Assembly: GCA_951406725.2 (NCBI GenBank)
Contig: OX597823.1
Span: 113,646,001 to 113,710,000, forward strand
Reading direction: 5' to 3'
Source of the DNA: Octopus vulgaris
Lineage: Eukaryota
Length of the DNA: 64,000 nucleotides
How positions within the stretch are numbered: the first letter of the stretch is position 1; the number at the start of each line of letters is the position of its first letter. Under the pieces are notes generated by a model. The model made no database searches and was not told where the DNA came from. It saw nothing but the letters and a program-made list of their open reading frames with translations. Shown here piece after piece: positions 55,822-64,000 of the stretch. The translations under genes and the position numbers were made by a program.

Positions 55822-56035
55822 GGACGGCGATCTGGAAGAAACGTTAGCACGTCGCGCGAAATTCTTAACAGTATTTTATCAGTTTTTACGTTTTTAAGTT
55901 TAAATTACGCCGAGGCCGATTTTGCCTTTTATCCTTTCGGGGTCGATAAATTAAGTACCATTTGCGTACTGGGATCGAACTAATCGACTGGCCCCCTCCT
56001 CAAAAATGTCCGGCCTTCTGCCTAGATTAGAACAG
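55822..56035 (+). mobile_element. SINE family B
   Basis: ccgaggccgattttgccttttatcctttcggggtcgataaattaagtacc. Confidence 0.85.
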
Positions 56036-56134
56036 AATTCTATAAAATTGTAGATAAAACAATTGTAGTATTATGTAGTAAAATGTGTTATTCAACCTAT
56101 TCTCCTTGTTAATATGCATCTATGTAAGTCTGTG

Positions 56135-56290
56135 GGGTGGCCGAATCGTTACCACGCCGGGAAATATGCGTAGTGGCGTTTAATCCATACTTACGTTCCA
56201 AGTTCAAATTCCGCTGAGGTTGAGTTTGTTTTGCATCATTTCAAAGTAGATAACATGACAATCCCTTTAGCAACTGACTTGGCCCTCTAC
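56135..56290 (+). mobile_element. SINE family B, diverged copy
   Basis: acgttccaagttcaaattccgctgaggttgagtttg aligns to the family B head. Confidence 0.6.
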
Positions 56291-56439
56291 AGAAATTCCA
56301 ATGCCAGAATTTGGAATCAACGTGTATGAATAAATATTTGTATTTTAACCACTTCAATTCGCACAGTATCTATCAATCGCTTTTCATGCATAGTGCATTG
56401 CCCAAACGACTATCATCATGTTTGAACGTAGATCTACGT

Positions 56440-56660
56440 AATTGTGGAACGGATGTCGTACAGCACAGCATTACTATATTCCAGTCATTATATATGCGAA
56501 TTAATATAAAAGACGAAATTAGACAGAAGGTTGCTGAAGCCATTTTCTTTCATTTGCAATCAATTTTAATGGAAAAGCTCTGGGAAGAGACTGAATATTC
56601 TCCCATACGAAAATTGTCTGCATGTGACGCATTACCTATTACTAATCTGATGAACGTTAA
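56440..56660 (+). mobile_element. Possible old mariner transposase remnant
   Basis: IRQKVAEAIFFH...LWEETEYSPIRKLSACD resembles WE...PYSPDLSPCD. Confidence 0.35.
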
Positions 56661-57461
56661 ACAATACATACTATGACAGACTCTTGTAGCTTGAAGCTAT
56701 TATCTTCTATGGTGAAAAATTGTTCAGAAAACTTTTTGTTAATGAATGTGAGAGACATCATATGTTATTTACAATACCAGAAAACATCGAGGAAACGTGA
56801 GCATGGTAACACCACCAGCTAGAAATAATAACATAATTCCATAAATTCAATACCCAGCATTTTAAGAAGAGGAAGGATATATCAGATTACAAAAGTGCAA
56901 TAGAAGAAATGGAAAACTACAAAATCCTGACGGTTATAATTTCTTTAATTATAGATCAACTCACTCTGAGATATCCTAAGGCTAAATGTAAGCAACATAA
57001 TTCAACAACAATATGTCATTTATAACCCTATCAGCACGAGAGCAACACTAAGATATTGTATAGGAATTTTGTACGAAATACAAACTTCTAATATATAATA
57101 CTGTATAATATGGCTAACGTAAAATACCCCAGGGAATGCTTTGTATACGGAATACAAATACAAATTAACTATTCTAATTAATGGTTGTCTGCTTAATTAT
57201 ATTTCTCTCAGAGAACTATTTCATTCGTAAACAAGAACGCATATAGAGGATAGCACATACGGACATGAAATGCATAACGTAATGTTCGAGTGTGTCTGTG
57301 GCTTTGTATGCGCTCTTCTACATACAGAAATACGCACCTAAGTTAACAGAAGTATCTATCTATTTATCTTTCTATATGTTAGTTAGTTAGTTAGTTAATT
57401 TGGCTCAAAAGCAAATAGCAAGGCCATGTAGGGGGACATGGAGTTAAGTACAGGGTGGTGT

Positions 57462-60422
57462 TCATGTAAAGAGTTCAGGCCACTTGAGGTCCAGGGAGGC
57501 TTTGAACAAAGCGCTCGTCGGCATCTTCACCATCTCGTCTGGCAGCTTGTTCCACGGATCCGCAACCCGGACGGAGAAAGCTCCTCTCCTTCGATTGAGA
57601 TGAAATCGTCGCAGGTAGAGCTTTTCGGAATGACCCCGCAGCCGACGCTCCGGAGCAGGAGTGAAGAACAGCTCTTTCGAGAGGTTACACTTCCCGCTTA
57701 TGATGTTGTGGGCGAGAATGAGATCTCCACGGCGGCGGCGTTTTTCAAGAGAATAAAGGTCGAGCGTCCTCAGCCTCTCTTCGTAGGACAAATTTTTGAG
57801 ACCATGAACCATGCGGGTAGCCAGCTTCTGGACTCTTTCGAGATGCTGTATGTCTTTGAGGAGATAAGGAGAAGAGGCTTGAATCCCATACTCCAATATG
57901 GGTCTCACCAGCGTGACATAGAGTGGTAGGAATATGGCTGCTGTGAGCATTCCGAATGACCGTCGAATCAAGAACAGAATTCCGCGTGCTTTGTTGGCAG
58001 CATGGACGCACTGGGCCGAAGGCGAAAAGGAGGAATCCACCAAGATACCCAGGTCCTTTACCTGATCGGTCCTCTCCAGCAGCAGACGACCCGGCTCGAA
58101 ATCAAGTTGAGTTGCAGGAGTAGAGCCGACAGGCAGTTGACAGCACTTTGACACGTTCAGACACAGGTCCCAATCGTTAGACCACTTCCAAATTTGGTGG
58201 AGGCATCGACGAAGATCCTCTATATTACCACGAGGAGCGACCAGTTTGATATCGTCGGCAAATAGAAGGGTGTGTTGCGTGAGGTCATCGGGCAAGTCAT
58301 TTATGAAGACTAAGAACAAGGGCCCAAGCACGCAACAAGGCACGCCACTGCTCGCACTGGAGACGTCGGACCGCGAACCATTAACTTGGACTTGGAAGGA
58401 GCGATCTGAGAGGAAGGCACCAACCCATCGTATAATATCCGGATGGAAACTATATGCTTGAAGCTTGACAAGTAATAGGCGGTGGTTTACCGAGTCAAAA
58501 GCTTTGGCAAAGTCCAATAAAACGATGTCAACAGCATCACTATCATCGAGGATGCGCGTCACCAATTCTTCCATTACTAGTTAGATGGTCAAGCATGATC
58601 TCTTCGGCACGAAGCCGTGTTGGGAATCAGAGATAGAGGCTGTGTTTAGGAGGTGGAGCATCATACTTTTCTTAAGGATGGTTTCGAACATCTTGCTGAT
58701 TATTGATGTAAGGGAAACCGGTCGGTAGTTAAGCGGGTCTTCGCGGCTCCCTTTCTTGAAAATTGGGCAGATTATCGCTGTTCTCCAGTCTGGAGGTATA
58801 ACACCCGTCGCCAATGACATATTGAATAGTCGTGTTAAGGGCTCGCAGATGACCGGAGCCAACGCTTTGATAACCCGTGGGTGTATGCCGTCAGGGCCGT
58901 GACCCTTGTTGACATCGAGGCCTTGAATAACACGTTTGACTTCGTCCCGCGTGATGACCAATCGAAGCATTGGAGGTACCGATCTATCAAATGGAGGGGG
59001 TCCACGACCATCATCTTGTTTGAAAATAGTTGAAAAAGCCTCGGCAAATAATTGACTCTGTTGATAAGGGTCCTCAATCGATACGCCTGTTGAGTCTACC
59101 AACGTTGCAATCTGGTTGTTCAAGCGGGAATTCCGCTGGATATGGGCAAAGAAGGTTTTTGGATAGCCACTGGTATTTGCCGCGATTTTGTATTCATAAC
59201 TGAGGCGTTCTTTCTTTTCAATTTTCACGGCTCGGTCTCGTTGAGTTTTGTACACCTCAAAAGCTGCAGTCGAATCCAGATTTTTGAATTCAGCCCAAGC
59301 AATATCTCTGAGTCGACGTTCTCGTTTAACCTTCTCCGTCACCCAGGGCTTGTGTTTCTTCTTCTTGGGAAGCCTAACGGGAAATGCCTGGTCAGTCAAA
59401 CAGATTACATATGTTTTGAGGGATGACCATAGTTCGTCAACAGAGGACAACGTCATCAGGGATCGCCAGTCCAGAAGCGCGGAAGCCTCGGTTAGAATTT
59501 CAAGATTAATTGCAGAGAAGACTCTACGTGGCAGCGAAGTAGTCGTGGGCGTAGAAAAAGTTGTGTGCATGACGAACTTCAGGACCGCATGATAACTCTT
59601 GGCAATAGGGGCGCACAAAGATACGTCTGACACAGATCTTGGATAGCGGGAGAATACCAGATCTAGCATGGATGGCTGCTGCCCAGACCGATGCCTTGTC
59701 GGATATTCAACATGTTGCGATAGAAAACAATCTTCAGCCACGTCAAGAAGGGCCTGGCCGAAACTGGAAGATGTTGTACCTATTGATGCGGGCCAATCGA
59801 TCGTGGGAGCGTTGAAGTCTCCTAGTACCAAACAGTCATGCGAAGCTGAAACGAATCTTATCGCTTCGAGTAAATGAGCATCGTCCTGGGGGTCGGCAAG
59901 AGGCGGCCTGTAGACAGCCAACACGGGCAGGCAAAACTCAGATAGGCTCAGCTTGCAATAGACGGCATCGAATTTTGTTGTAGGTTGAGCATTAGTGGGT
60001 AGAATACCGCTGGACGGTTTGTGCTCAGACTTAACATACACAGCAACACCTCCACCTCGCCTATTTCCTCTGTCACATATGAATAGGACGTAGCCCTGCA
60101 GGTGGATTTCTGAGTCCTTTACTGCTGGAGTCAGCCAAGTCTCGGTGATAGCTATCACATCAGGGGAGTCACGTATGGCCAGTGTAAATAGTTCACTGAA
60201 CTTTGGGAATAAGGAGCACGAGTTGGTGTAGACGATGCTGAGCTGTGAAGTCTGAGGGGCGGAAGTTGGGGAACAAGCAGAATAAGGGGTATCAGAGATA
60301 GCATCGTTGACGGGGGTATCAACTTCACTTCGATTTGCCCTCACATCACTTTCCCTGTCAGCACTACAGCATGGGACCAGAGGTAGGACTTGATTATCTG
60401 TCCATCTTGGATTCGTAAACAC
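57462..60422 (-). pseudogene. LINE ORF2 (APE endonuclease + RT) interrupted by one in-frame stop
   Basis: IVYTN, ITETWL, GGGVAVYV, VYRPP, GDFNAPTIDW; NYRPVSLTS, QHGFVPKRSCLTI*LVMEE, LDFAKAFDSV, LFADDIKL, KDLGILVD, RRRRGDLI. Confidence 0.95.
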
Positions 60423-60770
60423 TTCTCTCCCATTTGTTTCCTCATCTTTAGTTCGGATATTAGGTTTCTCCGGCGAATTCTCTCTCTTAGTGAGTATTCC
60501 TCGCGAAAACCCATATTGGGGTCCTCCCAGGCATGCGTCTGAGCTCTGTTAAGAAAGACTGAAGCCTCCCGATCGGAGGAGAAGATTGCCCTTATTGGGC
60601 GTGGTCTAGTATCTGAGGTTGGGTTCGCTTGGAATCTTCCTAGCCGAGCGACCTTATGGACACTGACATTTTCGTTCACAGAGAACAATTTTCCAACTAA
60701 AATGGAAACAAAATTAACGTCATCTTTTAGGCGGTTTATGCCTGTATCACAGGTGGATTCAGCTGTATAC
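60341..60770 (-). pseudogene. CR1-type ORF1 C-terminal fragment
   Basis: RLGRF...RPRPIRAIF...FREEYSLRERIRRRNLISELKMRK...LRIQDGQIIK is a typical CR1 ORF1 tail. Confidence 0.8.
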
Positions 60771-60886
60771 CTATAGATAGGTAGATATAGGTACATATAG
60801 GTAGGCAGAAGATCTATTTATAGATGTATATATATGCATATATCTATCTATCTATCTCTCCCTCTCTCTATATATATGCATATATG

Positions 60887-60938
<52 letters not shown>

Positions 60939-60973
60939 CATATATGCATATATATAGAGAGAGAGAGAGGAAG

Positions 60974-61050
<77 letters not shown>

Positions 61051-61369
61051 ATGTCTGTGTGTGGCCGAAAAATCGAGTCTAAGTAACCAATATAATACAG
61101 AAGCGTCCATCATCAAAGTCTACCCGTGTTTTCAGATGTACCAAAATTTACTGCAGACTGGCCAAGAAGTTTTGTCGTACCTTCAAATTTCCACCTGTTT
61201 CGCTCTCTTCACAGTTTATCGAATGGATGGATCTTTAACTCTGGAGAGGATGAAAAGTTCTACCTGTATGAGGTTTTCGCCAGTAACCACAGGGCGCTCT
61301 TTCAGCAGGTTATAATGAAACAGCCCACAAGATAGCAGAAGATACTGACACAAAACAAAATAAATCACT

Positions 61370-61409
<40 letters not shown>

Positions 61410-61660
61410 AGACAAGCACACAAACACACAGACAAGCACACAAACACACACACACAAGCACACAAACACACACACACGCACAAACACACACATACACAGG
61501 GTTGGTCAAAAGTTACGTAAGTTAAGTATATTATATACGTACTTAAATACTTTACTCTAGACGTGCTTGTATTATAATATTTGAATTATATTCGGCATCA
61601 ACCGCCTAAATACCGGCCTGTTAATTCTATATAAGTTATCCGTATATACGTTAAACAGAT

Positions 61661-61905
61661 CTCAGACCGGGCGATGTGTGTGTTTATGAGCGAAACACGT
61701 AAGCTCCACGCGGCTCCGTCAGAAGGTAATGGCGAACTTCTGCTGACTCTTTCGCCACAACTTTCTCTCACTCTTTACTCCTGCATCTTGCAGCTCACCT
61801 GCAACGGACCGGTGTCACGTCCAGGTGGGGAACCTATACACCAAGGAAACAGGGAAACCGCTCCTAATGAGCGAGGCGTGCTCGAGAAGGAAGAAACAAA
61901 ACAAA
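61661..61905 (+). mobile_element. 5'-truncated SINE related to family C, with V-domain-like core
   Basis: cagaccgggcgatgtgtgtgtttatgagcgaaacacgtaagctcca matches the family C segment after the B box; ctgcaacggaccggtgtcacgtccagg resembles the V-SINE domain (by recall). Confidence 0.7.
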
Positions 61906-62165
61906 ATAACCTTAAACAAATCGATTCACCTGCGCTTCGGCAATAATAAGAGAACGCGATATTGACAAGTTAAAACAAGAGATACATACTCATCTGTCAC
62001 TCCCACAGTTGCTTCCATTGTGGTTTCGTTTCGCTTAGCTTTGAAGCCTGCTGTATTATTCGACAGCATCTCTCTTTAAAAGGATATCTATCTGGACAAA
62101 ATTAAGCTTATGATTTTCCTGCAACACAAAGTCGTTACGTATGTCATGCATATATATACATATAG

Positions 62166-62225
<60 letters not shown>

Positions 62226-64000
62226 CTTAATGTGCGCCCACAAATATATCTTGCATACGTACTCACGCACATATGTACCTATACTGAATAACAAAGAACT
62301 TTTAGCACAGCTTCTATAAATCTGGCTGCTGAAAGAAGACAGGGTAAAACTAAGAAATAACACGACAAAATCTAGAAAATATTAAACCATAAATAATTGA
62401 TGCTCAAACAATGACATTTATATATAGCAGTGAATAATAATATCCTACAAAATGAGATTAAAATATCATAAAATACTGGAATATGAATTTAGAGTTTTTC
62501 GCTTGTGTTGATAATTTGGAAACCCATTTTAACGCCAAATTCAACGGGTTTCAGTTTTCCTTGCAATCCTCCTCTGTTTCACGTACCATATCTTTTAACG
62601 GGTGCTATACATACACGCATGTATACAGATATACACAGACATACGCACACACCCACTCACATATATATATATGGATCAAATATTCATATATAGGTATATG
62701 TATATATATGGATTATATATACATATATATATATATGCTTGATGTGTGTGTGATTGTGTTTGTGTGCATGTGTGTGTGTGTGAATTAAATACATACGGTA
62801 ATTTAGCTTTCCTAGTTTTGTGGATCGTTTTCTATGAAACAGGTACATTTTGTTATTCTATTTGGTTGCGTTATGTTTATATCAAATTGTGTACGCAAGG
62901 TTTCAATGGTCTATAGAAATATGTTGTGTCAAAGATACGTCTATATGGCTACACATAAACGCACATACACGCAATCATAGAAGCACATGCATATCCTATA
63001 ATTTACAACCACTCATACAAACACACGCACATATTTGCGAGCTCAATCACATACCATCCAGAATATACTTTACAAGCGGTACCCCTCTTACTCTCCCCTC
63101 TTTCTCTCCCACCTCTTTCTTTCTCCCTCTCTCTCTCCATCTTTCTGCTCTCTCGCTATCTGCCTTTCTTTAATCTAACCATCAGAACATCACCCCTCTG
63201 CTAATATTATTGCGTACCCTCTACACTACATCATGGACGCTTATCTTTCTCTCCTTTTCTCTCTCCGTTTGTTTCATTCTCTCTTATTCTTTCCCCCTGT
63301 TCCTGTTTCACTCTTCACCTTACCCTGTTTTTCTCTCTTCTTTTACTTTCTCCTCTCTTTCCCTTCAGCTAATCACGTGAAAATGTTATTGTTACACTCC
63401 TCTGTCTCGTGTCATGGACGCTTCCTTTCCCTCTTTTGTCCCTCCTTCTCTCTTTTCTTTCTCCCTTTTTTCTCTAATCATGAGAAAGCATTACTGACGG
63501 GCTAAGTAACGCAACGACGAGCAAAACTTTTGTAAGATAAGCTCAGCCTTCTCTCATTCAACACCACTACTTTTAACGTATAATGATTCCCTTAACTTTT
63601 TTCCGTTGCTTTTTAAAGAATTATATTAATGATGTTGATTGATAATACAGATAAGTCGCTAAAATTATTCGCCAGCAGTATCTCGTGCAGTAATCCTCAA
63701 CGTTAGTAGTAAACTATATATTTATACCCTGTTTCTTTAGATAGGAAACAATTGTCGGTTTTATATCTATCACTATTGCTACGGTACTCACGATAAGCAA
63801 AGCATGAGCGCTATCAATTGAAAACTGTTAGAAAGGATTCTGTGGCAAGTAAGATTACTGAGTAGGATCAATTAACTTTTACAAATCAATTTCTCAATGT
63901 ATTTTTTATTGACTAAGTAATCATATAATTTAGTGAAGTTGAAATCTCAACTAAAATACGAGCTCACATATGTACATACGTAAAGGTAGACATATCCACG

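Larger units (their letters stand above)
57378..60770 (-). mobile_element. Young 5'-truncated CR1/L2-group LINE (about 3.4 kb)
   Basis: ORF1 C-terminus plus APE-RT ORF2; short 3' UTR with ccatgt/acatgg hairpin (57424-57441) and (TAAC)n tail; GC-rich against the flanks. Confidence 0.95.

Noticed and set aside
57438-59877. Several + strand ORFs over the LINE
   Set aside because: Antisense shadows of the GC-rich ORF2
63741-63850. Candidate exon after the ctgtttctttag acceptor
   Set aside because: Stops in all three frames before the gtaaga donor

Overview
AT-rich, microsatellite-dense eukaryotic intronic or intergenic DNA. The repeat types are very like those of an Octopus (coleoid cephalopod) genome; that assignment is an inference. 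No intact host gene can be supported, and most listed ORFs are (TA)n/(CA)n/(TCTA)n translation artefacts. Recognisable mobile elements: a young 5'-truncated CR1/L2-group LINE (57.4-60.8 kb), a full-length decayed piggyBac (33.9-36.4 kb), a full-length mariner (36.9-38.2 kb), a non-autonomous Helitron, a Tigger/pogo derivative, decayed RTE, R4/NeSL-like and CR1-like LINEs, and three tRNA-SINE families. Two hidden signals stand out. (1) A decayed Polinton/Maverick (adintovirus-like) virion module at about 40.8-42.9 kb: major capsid, then penton, then a fibre-repeat gene, tightly packed on the + strand. (2) A dispersed set of Penelope-like-element termini carrying minimal hammerhead ribozyme motifs, several folded into long palindromes inside (TA)n tracts. 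A few isolated candidate exons are reported at low confidence. All protein-family assignments come from by-eye motif recognition, not database searches.
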